Origin: Phoronis australis
Lineage: Eukaryota > Animalia > Phoronida
Assembly: GCA_002633005.1 (NCBI GenBank)
Contig: NMRA01000388.1
Span: 374,128-429,498, forward strand
Reading direction: 5' to 3'
DNA length: 55,371 bases
Shown here: positions 1 to 11,445 of the stretch, piece by piece
Position numbering within the stretch: the first letter of the stretch is position 1
How the letters are laid out: every line of letters starts with the position of its first letter
Notes under the pieces: model-generated
Databases searched by the model: none
What the model was told of the DNA's origin: nothing
Seen by the model: only the letters and a program-made list of their open reading frames with translations
Position numbers and translations under genes: made by a program

Positions 1-2117
1 CAAAATTTCATTTTTTTCGAAAAATTTACGGTATTAAGCGATACCATCAGTTTAGATAGAGCTTTGAACGGGCTTTCAGAAGATGCTTTCCATTTTTCTC
101 TACGACGTCTACTTTTCGAGTTATTTGAGATTTTGTGATAACGCTGCTCCTTTGTTGAGCGCTCTTGCTGCATTCTGGTTGGTTTAGCTTCTATTGAACT
201 AGACTGCAGCCTATTTCTTAATGATTTATGTCATCTAAATTCGTCATATAAATGTTATGATGTTCTTCATCATGGCCACCACCATCATCATATTCGTCAT
301 CTTCGTCATCATCTCCGACGTCGTCTTTTCTTCAGTTAATTTCGCCACGTGTCGCTCATGACTGTAGCCTATTTCTTAGTGATTTCTGACCTCTACGTTG
401 GTTATATGATTGATATCATAAATTGCATGGTCCATCATCGCCACCATCGTCGTCATAGCTGTCATCTTCGTTTTCATCTCTGTCGTCGTCTTTTCTCGTC
501 ATCTCTAACGTGGTTTTTTTAGTTAATTTCGCCAAGTTTCGCTCCTCAGAGCGCTTTCATTTTGTTTGTTCGCACTCTACAGGTCGCAATTTTGGTCCGA
601 TTTTCACAAAATTTGCACACACCGTGTAGATCATAAAGTCCTAGAAGCCTATTGTTTTTTGTCATCATCGGATACAAAATGGCGGACGTGGCTGCCATTT
701 TGTATCCGATTTCACAGTCAAATGCTCGTAGAGGCCGCATTTTTCAACAAACATGGCTGAAAATCGGAACGAATTTACTAAATTGCATGTGCTACAATAG
801 TACGGAAAATCGTTGACTTCCGGTTAAAGATAGCGAAAATATTGGACGTGGCGCATGCGCACCCCGAAATATGGCCAAAAACGTTTTCTCCTTTAGAATG
901 CGCATTTGCAAACCAATTACTTTCAAACTGGTCACGTGTTTGTTGAGTTTAATAAGCTTTTATAAAAAATTATTGAACCGGAAGTCACTTTCAAGATGGC
1001 GGCTGTGGGGAACAATCACACGGTTTCAATCGCACTGGGGTCGCATTTTTTATGGGAAGAGCAAATGACGTGAATTTTTGCATGTGGAATCCTTGAAGTA
1101 TGGCCTTTCAAAAAGTCTGCGAGAGCGTATTTCTCAGACTTACCGTTTTCAAGTTATTTGACTTTGAATTTCAAAAAAACGGTAAATTTTCAATTTTCTC
1201 GAAAAATTTTTGGATTTTTGCCAAACTACCACTTTAGATAGAGATTTGAACGGGCTTTCAGGAGATTTTTTCCATTTTGCCCTACGACGTCTACTTTTTG
1301 AATTATTCGAGATTTTCGGATACCATTGTTCCTTCGGTCACACGCAGCTGGCTGGCTTTCAGCTCACTTTGTTTTGGTTATGCCTAGTTGACCCAGACTG
1401 ACCCAGCCGGCACTATCCTACTGTAGACTGGACTGTCATGTTGCGCCATCTATTGTTCTTTATTGTAGTTGATTGTATGCTCTCTATTTTATTTCTTCGC
1501 TAGTCACATGAATGTTATCGTGATTGCCAAGCTACCGCTTTAGATAGAGTTTTGAACGGGCTTTCAGAAGATATATTCCATTTTGCGCTATGACGTCTAC
1601 TTTTTGAATTATTCAAGATTTACGGATACCGTTGTTTCAATTCGGTCACCTACAGTATGCAAGGACCCAGCAGGCTGGCTTTCAGTTAACTTTGTTTTGG
1701 TTATGCCTAGTTGACCCAGATTGACCCAGCCAGCACTGTCCTACTGTGGCGGAATAGCTCTCTGTAGACTGTACAACTCCAGGCCAAATACTTATTGTAA
1801 ACATAACTTTGCTTTGCAGACGGTCACATAGCACTACCTATTTTAGAATGTGGGAACAGACATGGCTCGCCCGTCCTGTTGCGCCATCTATTGTTCTTTA
1901 TTGTAGTTGATTGTATGCTCTCTATTTGATTTCTTCGCTAGTCACATGAATGTTATCGTGTTTGCCAAACTACCACTTTTTGAACGGGCTTTCATTCTTT
2001 ATTGTAGTTGATTGTATGCTCTCTATTTGATTTCTTCGCTAGTCACATGAATGATATCTTGTTCGTCGTCTTTTCGATTAATTCCGCCAAGTGCTGCTCC
2101 TTCGAGCGCTCTCGTTT
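1..2117. repeat. Complex interspersed repeat with internal degenerate direct repeats (non-autonomous DNA/Helentron-like element, truncated by window start)
   Basis: A ~100-bp block (tttagatagag..tgaacgggctttcag..gacgtctactttt) recurs at ~50, ~1232 and ~1538, and partially at ~1975. The block ttctttattgtagttgattgtatgctctc occurs at ~1455, ~1894 and ~1995. 205-360 resembles 360-545. Similar ends (gccaag..gctcc..gagcgct..gtt) lie at ~530-565 and ~2086-2117. Confidence 0.65.
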
Positions 2118-3743
2118 AAGTAAGTGAACTCATACAGTCGCAAAACACTAAATCGATGTCAATGTTTTTTTAAAGAAATTCCTAAAATAACGGCGTCTAA
2201 GGTTCGACGTTGCGTTACACCGATTGTAATTTACGAGGTGAGCTATTTGTTTCTGCTTTTTGTCGACTGGTAGTAGTTTCGTTGTGTATTACGACAGTTT
2301 TCATGTTGTTAATTCAAGATGCGTATTGCCTTAAGCATGCCATTCATTGCTTTGTACGTCCCGTACAGTGCTAATTTGACTAGGAAATCGTTTTAATACA
2401 CATTACTACATTGACGAAGAGGGTTTATTTAAGTTAGTCACTCCGGGTTTTGGCAAGACAACGGTGACAGCTTAACGTTAACGGCAATTGCAACCGTTTG
2501 TCATTTGACCCCTCGCGTTAGTGGCAAAAAACGTGTTTCTCACAGAGGTTCTTCGTTTTCTTGATTTAATCTCCTGGAACCCCCGCTTAGATGCGTCACT
2601 GTAGTGTTTTTACCCTCACACAGTTACTGTCAGGGAGAATGAACCTTATCTATACCAGATAAGGAAGTTGAAGGTTGGCTAGACCTCGTTGAGTAACTGT
2701 AGGTAGACAGATTAGCCAATGGTTTGATGCAGCAGTGAACCGCAGACGACGGTGTGCACGTATGTCATAGTTATCAGAGTTTATGGCATTCAATTGGTTT
2801 GTTATCTTCGTCGCAGGGGTATTGCGAATGCTTGTTGCTGGCCACAAGAAATTAGGTCATTCGCTCTTAATGTGCCTACAGAGAATTCCTTCCGAGGTCT
2901 GCCTACCCAATGCCACATTTTTATAGAAACGCTTCTTGATCCTCTTCTTGGCCGCACATTTTATCTAGTATCATGTAACGACGGTCTTCTCTCTAAAAGC
3001 TCTTACTCCTAGACAATTTCACCCGATGGAAAGTGTTTGGATCAACTGCTGGTGCCGACATCTACTGTCCGCTGCAGTTAACTTTTCCTGTGGATTCCAC
3101 TTGTTTTTAACGAAAATATCATTATTCAAATCCACTGACGTCTTCAAAAATACCTCATGAACGCTTACAGGTCCAACATGATGAAACTTGGAGGCATGCC
3201 AAGCCGTTTCCCAGCGAGCGGCTGACAGATATATACCTCCCATTCTCTTTGTTGTTGTAACAATAAGAACATACATACATATATAGTACAAGAAAAAATA
3301 TCCGCTTTCCCGTCACGACGGCTCATTTTGTTAACAGCAAAAATGACTGGTAATAACTGTTATGGCGGTAAAGTAATAGTGACATTATGGCTTTTCCACC
3401 TCACTAATCTTCCTGTTTAGTAGGTTCATTTCGTTGTTGCATTAGTGTCCGAAATTTGTTATGCATTAGACGAGCACATGAAACACGTTTCGCAATTTAT
3501 GCAGCAATTTATGCAGCAATTTATTGTCGTGGCTGCTGTAGCTTGTACAGCATTGGCACGACATATTTCCAGTCGCAGTTCGTTTGAGGTCAATTATATT
3601 CGTGAACCAAACACTTGCCAAATCCCACGGCACACTTGTGTGAATCAAAATAGTAGTTGTCAAAATCCCGTCTCGGGGAACACACGTCCTTTAAAGCGTG
3701 AAATTCGTTTTTCAGGCAGACGCATACAACTATCTTATCTAAG

Positions 3744-5771
3744 ATGGCGCAGACGACTTTGGATAAAATAGACGGCATTTGTAGTGCCTGGTTTAGGTTG
3801 AATTGTGACAAAAGAATCCTACAAAATATCATGTTTCGTTTCGAATCAGAACACCAACACGAGCCAGATAGTCGGCGACTCGCGGTTATGAACATAGTTG
3901 GCTACATTTATCACGAACTCAACGTGAAGGGAATTCTGGGCTCCGCGTCACAGTGCTTCGAGCGAGTATTAAGTGAAGACCCAGACAACCTCAACGCTCT
4001 TAAGAGTCTCGTTCACATTCACCGCACGGCGTCACCTGAAAAGGAGTTCAAGTATCAGAGGCATTTGGACCGCTTATGGCAGTGCGATCGGGTTTTGCAA
4101 GAGCAACTCATTGCCAGATGCATGTTCGAGCATGCAGTGTATATGAGTGTGCGTGAGGAGTCATTTCTACGCGACAATCATCAGCAGATTATCAAAACCT
4201 TCGAGAAATGCATCAGGATTGGGAAAGAAAGTAAAGTTACGAAATGCGAATTAGAGTTATGGAGGTATGAGTTGGGAATTCTTTACGTTCGTTTAGATTC
4301 TCTTTCAACTAAAGAACCAAAACTGACACAAGTTACCGAGAGACAATGGCTGGTAAAAAGCTTGGAGACGCTTTATGAAGTAGCAACAAGTGGTTCTTGC
4401 GAAAGACAAAGAGCTGACTGTAGCCTGCACAATGAATTTTTGGATTGTAAAGGCAAGTCATGGAGCTATTTGGGTGTTGCACTAATGCGTCGACTCGAGA
4501 CCCAAGGTTTTGCTATCAAAGACGTAGCGCAAAGCATAGGAGGCGAATTCTGCACACTCAATGGAATACAATGTTTTGAGAAAGCTTTAAGTATTTCGCC
4601 AAACCAACCCTCTGTTCTGAGACGGGTTGGACAGGCTTATATGCGAACAGGTGAGATGGATAAAGCAAAAGAATATCTTTGGAAGTCCGTTAAAATTCAG
4701 CCCACTGGTTACGCCTACAGTCTTCTTGGACAATGGTACTTTAAAAATTACCAAATGAAAGAAAGTAAAGATGATCTGGATTCGTCAATCAAGTATCTTA
4801 ATCTTGCAAGAAAGGGCTCCTGTGACATGTATACAATGTTTAAATGTCTCATACAAGCATACAAGGCCAGCGGTAACTTAGAGAAGGCCAAAAAGTATTG
4901 CGAAACGTGCGCAGGAACATTCGAAGGATCCCGAGAGGCCGATCTGTTCAGGTTATGGGCTAAGCTACTTCGTGAAACTAAAAACATAGCGATTGCTGAG
5001 CAAAAAGAGCAACGGGCTAAGAAGATAAGTGATGGACAGAATCCGGAAGAAATCAAAGATTTTGGAGTTCACTACGCCAAGAGTGACGAGGAACGTGTAG
5101 AGAGATTTGTGAAACAAGTAGAAGGAACCATGGAGGTGTCGGGCTACTATTTAGGTAGAGATCTTACACCTGGTAATTACTTTATTGATGGTCTGATAGG
5201 GTTAGAGAAAAAATGCAAGTACGTGTTCGTATTTTGCACAGAAAACTACGATTCGCGTTTTGAAAACGAATTGAATAAAATAATGCATCGGAGATTGGAA
5301 AGAGAGCATGGGTCTGTAATACCGCTGGTTTTTGGCAATGCCAGAGTACCGGAGTGTATAGCGGATGTTAAAGGAATTAATTACGATGAAAGTCAGCAGT
5401 GTTTTGATGAACTGGAAGAGGTGTTTCACGGGAAGAAGAGCCTAAGGAGGCGAATTGTGCATATAATGAGGGGCACGAATCATCCCATGACATTTGTGCG
5501 TTGTGTGACTCTCGCAATGGCCTTTCTTGTTGGTCGCGTAACAACATGGATATCGGAATACGTTACCAGCGGAAAGGAATGGTCAAGACATGTTTTGTTT
5601 GGACTAATATCAGTCACTTTTCTGACAGGAATGTTGATTATGGGGCTGGTGGACAAATTCAGACCTTATGGCATGCACAGAACTGTCGTACAGTACGTCA
5701 TACTTGTAATAATTGCCTATTTCGCCGGACTAAATGGACATTTCTTGAATAGTCATTATGGAAGGAATTAG
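3744..5771 (+). CDS. Intronless TPR (TTC22/IFIT-like) - TIR - 3xTM protein, 675 aa
   Basis: Uninterrupted 2028-nt ORF with aagATGG start context and AATAAA just after the stop (~5776). TPR-like helices include ASQCFERVLSEDPDNLNALKSLVHIH and IQCFEKALSISPNQPSVLRRVGQAYMRTGEMDKAKEYLWKSVKIQP. The TIR region at ~5058-5430 has box1 DFGVHYAKSDEERV, BB-loop GRDLTPG and VFVFCTENYDSRFENEL...VIPLVF. Three hydrophobic segments lie at ~5493-5555, ~5589-5651 and ~5682-5738. Candidate 5'UTR splicing uses donor GAG|gtgagc at ~2238 and acceptors at ~3420 or 3715. Confidence 0.88.
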   Translation: MAQTTLDKIDGICSAWFRLNCDKRILQNIMFRFESEHQHEPDSRRLAVMNIVGYIYHELNVKGILGSASQCFERVLSEDPDNLNALKSLVHIHRTASPEKEFKYQRHLDRLWQCDRVLQEQLIARCMFEHAVYMSVREESFLRDNHQQIIKTFEKCIRIGKESKVTKCELELWRYELGILYVRLDSLSTKEPKLTQVTERQWLVKSLETLYEVATSGSCERQRADCSLHNEFLDCKGKSWSYLGVALMRRLETQGFAIKDVAQSIGGEFCTLNGIQCFEKALSISPNQPSVLRRVGQAYMRTGEMDKAKEYLWKSVKIQPTGYAYSLLGQWYFKNYQMKESKDDLDSSIKYLNLARKGSCDMYTMFKCLIQAYKASGNLEKAKKYCETCAGTFEGSREADLFRLWAKLLRETKNIAIAEQKEQRAKKISDGQNPEEIKDFGVHYAKSDEERVERFVKQVEGTMEVSGYYLGRDLTPGNYFIDGLIGLEKKCKYVFVFCTENYDSRFENELNKIMHRRLEREHGSVIPLVFGNARVPECIADVKGINYDESQQCFDELEEVFHGKKSLRRRIVHIMRGTNHPMTFVRCVTLAMAFLVGRVTTWISEYVTSGKEWSRHVLFGLISVTFLTGMLIMGLVDKFRPYGMHRTVVQYVILVIIAYFAGLNGHFLNSHYGRN

Positions 5772-6879
5772 AACAAATAAACAACTAAACGGCATGTTAG
5801 GGATGACTCCAGTCAGGTCACTGTAACGTTTTAAACTAAGTTGATATTGTTGGTTTGGATCAGTTATGAAAGAGTTGACTAGACTTTCATCGACTTGGCT
5901 CTCATGCGAAACTAATTAAATTATTGTCTCACCCTGGCTCAAGATTTGTTCGCGTAACCGATTGGGTCTCAGTTAAATTCATAGCTCTTATGAAATTCTT
6001 AGTTATTGCTTTTCAGCTAAATTGTATAAGTATGAGAAATCAAATCATGAAAAACGGACTCCTAAATCGGGTATTTTTATACATCATTTTGTTGAATATT
6101 TTTCAAATCGGGCTACTCTTTAGCCAATCCGTTAGCGTTTTGCTTAGTTCCTTGATATGCGCCACTTCAAATCAATTACTCTCTTATACGATCATTGGGA
6201 TTGGGGGAAAGATTTCATTCTTCAACCTTCACGAGCTGTGAAAAACATGACGGAAAGATAGAAATCGTCAAAGGAAAGTTAAAACATCTCGACCGTGAGA
6301 AATTCTATAGACATTGAGCACGTTCAATGTCTTACAGACATTCACTGACCTGTCTTCTGCATGAAAAAATGAAAAGTGATATGATTCTTTTGCTCCAAAC
6401 TAATCATTCATTATTCTGGTTTGACAATAAACTGAAGTAAAATCTTGACAAAAACAATTACGTAATAATTGCGACGTGAGCTATGAAATCGAAAGTACGT
6501 CCGCCACGATGTTTCTGAAAATAAGCACTTGAACGCCATTAACTTGTAAATCGTCATTAATCAAAGGCTCTGGTAAAGTTGCCTCCGGTCGCCACGCTGT
6601 TGCTGTTCAAATTTTTTCTACATCACGGCACTCAAAATTGATTTTGTCCCACTTAACTCGTAAGTCGAGACTTGTAAGTCAGGTGTTCGTTGGCGCAAGG
6701 TCGGTAATTGTTGACGTATTTTCAAGGAAGTCAAAAATGAGAGTCTCACCTTTTTAGATACTATGCACGCTATTGTTAATGTTTTTTAATACATATATTG
6801 ATTGCCCAGACAATAACACAAAGCCAGTCTGAGGTTGGGCGCCTCAGATCTAGCTTTAACAACAGTATATAATATTATN

Positions 6880-7028
6880 ATGACGCCAGCATCCCTCACC
6901 TTTGGATCTCTAGAGTCACGTAATGTGAGAACCAGCCTGCACTTTCCTACTTTAAACTCCTCCGTGATTGATGCTAGAGGCAGCTGAAGCTCTGCTGTTC
7001 TGCTATAAAGGCCAACCTGTGTGAAGCT
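6880..7028 (-). mobile_element. Fragment of an RLE-type (R2/R4/Hero-like) non-LTR retrotransposon ORF
   Basis: Translates to FTQVGLYSRTAELQLPLASITEEFKVGKCRLVLTLRDSRDPKVRDAG, matching the remembered post-RT motif of such elements (LY..LQLP..S..EEFK..K.RL..TL..S.D..V). Flanked by the direct repeat TATAATATTA at 6868-6877 and 7029-7038. Confidence 0.65.
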
Positions 7029-7299
7029 TATAATATTAACCAATAAATTTACGTATACGGTAATAAAATGCACCTGAAGCGGGGAATGGGGACCAGGGGA
7101 AGGACTTCCACGCGCCATTCATACACACACTCACGCTGTGCTGATATGATGTCTGATGAAATTATGTGTTATATAAATACATACATATGAAATTAATAAT
7201 AACAGTAGAACTTTGTTCATTTCTATAATAAAAATTAAAAGCATGCGTGCAGACCTCTCCATTTATCCAGATTTGTGTCTGAGGTATCTGTTAAAATTG

Positions 7300-7475
7300 T
7301 GTTTATAAAGGTTTGTAACTTCAACTTCTTTTAATTTCTGAATTTTATTACCATAATTTAGCTGTTCAACTTCTTTGTCATTTTGACCAAAATATATTCC
7401 TAGATTTTTATAGGTTTCTGTGGCTGTAATTTTCGCTTTAGTTTTCCATACCTCTCGCTCTATCAAATGAACCAT
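7300..7475 (-). mobile_element. L1/Tx1-like reverse transcriptase C-terminal fragment
   Basis: ETYKNLGIYFGQNDKEVEQLNYGNKIQKLKE resembles the K-Y-L-G-I motif and following helix of L1-clade RTs. Confidence 0.55.
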
Positions 7476-8909
7476 TCTTCGGCAAGAATTATGTCAACAT
7501 TCGGCCAAGTCAGACATGTACAGGGGTCAGCAATGCATTCGTCGTCTACTCAGTGACCATGAAGAAGGTCAACATTTTCAGCTGCATGTGATAACTACGT
7601 AAATGGACGTCTGAATATCTGTCCACGACTAAAGATTGTCCTCGGATTCATGTTTTAAGGTTTAAAAATGCATTTTGATGACGAAAGCAAAATATATGTT
7701 GAGAATCGCAGCTTCGGTCAAACACTAAATCGTGGTCTTCCTGTGTGAAAATATTCCCTGTCGTATATGAATACCGTTTACATGTAACTGCTAACAAAGG
7801 GCAATGTTATCCAACTAAGCAGCACGAAGGAAAACTTTTCGCCAATTATCGGCTCACTTCTCCAGTTCCTTTCAGGTTTTAAGGCGTCTAGTAATCCATA
7901 AAAGTAAGGCAGAGCATGTCAACATTAAAACTTTGCATATGATAATTCTCTTTTTCATAGCTTTTGATTTCAACGCCAATGGTGATTATCTTGTCAACTG
8001 AGGCGATGTTTGCGAAACGTGATTGAAAGGAAAATGCAAAACTTTGTTCGTCTGCTCAATAAGCAATAATAATGCATTTAATAGAGCGGTACAAAAGCTT
8101 GCGTATGTAATTGAATGTTAGGAATTATTACGACAACAATCGTTGCCACGTTAAATAAACAAAATATTCTATTTACTTAATTTTCATTGGTACCCAACCA
8201 CCGCTATGCTGACAACTGTAATATTCACAAGATTCGCTATGTTCCTACATTTGTGCCTGATACTGACAACTACGTTACACTCTCACAGTTTACATTGACA
8301 GAATGAGTCCTCCGTTCTCCTTCTTTTTACCTCAATTCTGTGGGATATGTAGGTCGGCCGGTAAAAGGTGTTATTTCCTTACTTTCATTGTTGTGGCGAG
8401 ATAAATTGTTGCTACAACAAACGGATTTTGTGTTGACTGGTTGCAAGTGACATGTTTTGAGCCGTGCAGGTATTTTGTGGTCGATCGCGACTGAAAATTG
8501 GTGTTTCAGGTATTTGACATCAGCTGACTCCTCCAATGTGGAAAAACCACGCTTGAACGAAGTGTTTCAACATTTTTTCGGAGCAATGTATTCCGCTCCA
8601 CTGCTGGATCGTTCTTTCTATATGCAAACAATAGTCAAGTGGGTATGTGTATGAGAATGCTTTACGCATAACCTGGTAAGTGCAGCAATTAATGCCAGGA
8701 GTTCAAACACTTTATTTTCAATAACCCAGAACAAACAAGTTTGTAAGGCACGGTGGCTCAAAGCCTCAATGTCCGGTTTAGTGCTTGTGCACTTTCAATC
8801 AATGAGACTTTTACATTCGTTTGCTGCAGGTGCTGGCGGATGAGAGACTAAGCAATCATTAAATTTCCACTCTCTCATACACCTGTCCACCTGTTGCCAG
8901 TTTGTTTAA

Positions 8910-10281
8910 AGGAGAATGTCACCAAAAACAACGTACTTTGTAACAATTTAGATAGAGTAGGTCCATGATAACAGCAAGTTCAGTTCCTTTACCTGACACC
9001 AGATGGTAGACGGAGAGGCTGAAGTTAATCAATGACGTCACAGGTTCTAACACAGTCTGGTCAGCAGTTCACGAGACACTCACTGGTGTCGGCTTATCGC
9101 CTGAATTCATCATTTTACACCAATAAATCATCAAAGTTCGATGTTTGTGAAACAAATGGGTCGTTTTATTCTGCTACTACGGATTTATGGAAATTTTGAA
9201 CGTACCGTACCTTACAGAGTTCGCGGGGGTAGGTCAATTTACCCAGGTCGGTGGCAAAAGTTTGCAGTATGTTCGGTGATAATTTAGAATTATTCTTCCG
9301 TGAAATACAGACACGGAGGAGAGCATAACCGTGTTCTGTAATTTGAAATTTGCAAATTTCATCTGTTCAAAACACAAAACGCTCGTTTTAACACAATGGC
9401 CCGGAACACGATCAGGCCGGTCGCGGCCGGACTGGAGACATTACGAACATAAACCAGCCGGGTTAGTCGGCTGTGAAAGTTGAATGTGCACGTAAATACT
9501 TTGGTGAATTCGCCGCGAAATTTCAAATCCACTTACTCGACGGGGCCGCAAAGCCAAATTTCCCTTCCACAGAACCGTACAGAGAAACAATTTACAATAA
9601 CAATGATTTGAATAATGTTTGTTGTGTATATGTATATGTTTATTTATAAATAAAGACACCTCAAACATCTGACCATAGCACATAAAATCGAATTATTGTT
9701 TCACAGCAGCTTTCGGTCAGCAAACACTGAATTAGCATGGGCTCATACGGCGGTCACTTAGTTTTTAATGTATCTGAAGCCGATAAACGCAGTAAGTTTT
9801 ATTCATTGTTGATTTCTCAAAACATTTGCACTCATGAACACGCCTAAGGCATTACAAATTGTATCCACTGAGACAGACTTTGACACTTTTTTCTATTTAT
9901 ATAAACACTGGTTAGGGTGAAAAATTTCATTTTGAAACAGAACCGCTTTGTCTGCCACATACACGGAGATATTTCACGGCTCATACTTGATATTACGGAG
10001 AACTTTTCGTTCTTAACTGCCGGGAACCATTTCCTAAGCATTTCGGGTTTTCGATGAAATCGAAAAACTATATACGCGCTGTCCTGGCAGCTCCATGGTT
10101 CGCACAAGCGGGAACGATACGCATCGCCATAGCGGCACACATTCACAGACATCGCTGTGTCGTGTACTCATTGTTAACGCGACACTTTTCGGTGAGGTGA
10201 GATCGACTGTATACGAGCTGATGTGGATATGGACCGATTAAGACGGTAACAAAAAGTACTTAAATCGGGTGGCATTCTCCC
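8910..10281 (-). mobile_element. Kolobok-like non-autonomous DNA transposon (TTAA target, 14-bp TIR, THAP relic)
   Basis: TTAA|AGGAGAATGTCACC (8906-8923) and GGTGGCATTCTCCC|TTAA (10268-10285) are near-perfect inverted termini. The minus strand at ~9945-10130 encodes frameshifted THAP-like pieces: MAMRIVPACANH.., VFRFHRKPEMLRKWFPAVKNEKF and LRVCGR. Confidence 0.7.
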
Positions 10282-11445
10282 TTAACTGACGCATTTCTCA
10301 ACAGAAGCATGCGCATTAATGTGAAACAGGCACCTTACGAAAATTTGAACTGACTTACTTTTTAAAAATCGTTATTTTGGGACTTATTAAAAGAGTCAAG
10401 TTACTTGTAACTTAGGTAAACGTCTACCTTTATTAATTTTTTTAAAGTGCAACTATTAAGTGAAGTGATAACTTTGGTTTTCTTTACTATCTTTTACAAT
10501 TCTGACGCATTTTCATATGCCAAATTTGCGAGTTATTCAACACGACTTCAGCTACAGTATATGACAAATCTTGACCGTAGATTTTCGGTATTCGATATTT
10601 TTATCAATTTACAATACTTAGTTTTGGTACATAAGAAAAACACAACGAAAACTTAAAACTTAGTACAAGTATAAGCAGTAAATTTATATGTGTATTTGCA
10701 TTGCAATTATTTGTTTGTTACAATAAATGCTTCAAAAATAGTTTTCTTTAGCATTGTTTGAAAACAATGCACTCTTATTTTCATAATCTATGGCAGAAGG
10801 AAAAACTTGTCTAATATTGTCACTTAGCCTCAAACATCAGCTATCCGTGCTAAATATCAGGACATTTAGAGTGCTGGTATTTTGAGGCCAAATAAAATCC
10901 TTTCTACAAATCATTGAATAATACTGACCAAGAATGTCCCAGATATTTTGTCTGCCGTTAGCACTTGCGAGGTCAGTATAACTGAGGTAATTCCGACACT
11001 ATTTACATGCAAGTAGTTTACTGGTAATTCGACTTCACGATTGTATTATTGTGTTTATAATTTTATTTGTTATTATGTTTTGATACATCAATTGAAATTT
11101 GTTGTAATGTCATAGGGGCGTCAACGCAAACAGCTGCTCGCCTACCTGAGTTTCATCAAGAGCGTTTAATGCAGTTCATCCGCAAAATATGTTTCCCTGA
11201 AAATCATCTTCTTCAGCAACTTCCACTGCCTTTAATAAACACGCATATTTTGTTTCATATGCGGAGGATTTTTTTCTTAAACATTCTCTCTGTCGACCAA
11301 ACCCTCTGGTCGATATTAACGAAGTCAAAGATTTTCTAAACAAAACATTGCTGCGGGGCCGGCCCTGTTCTGTAAATTAGTTGATGATCAGGTTAGCGTA
11401 AAAACACACACATTTCCGATTTGACGTCTGCAAACAAATACAACG

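Noticed and set aside
2750-3291. Coding-looking antisense frames in the TPR-TIR 5' intron
   Set aside because: Multiple stops and no identifiable family; a call cannot be supported without a homology search.
4748-5752. Antisense and alternate-frame ORFs inside the TPR-TIR gene, and likewise inside 43934-44983
   Set aside because: These are shadows of real coding sequence with no independent signals.
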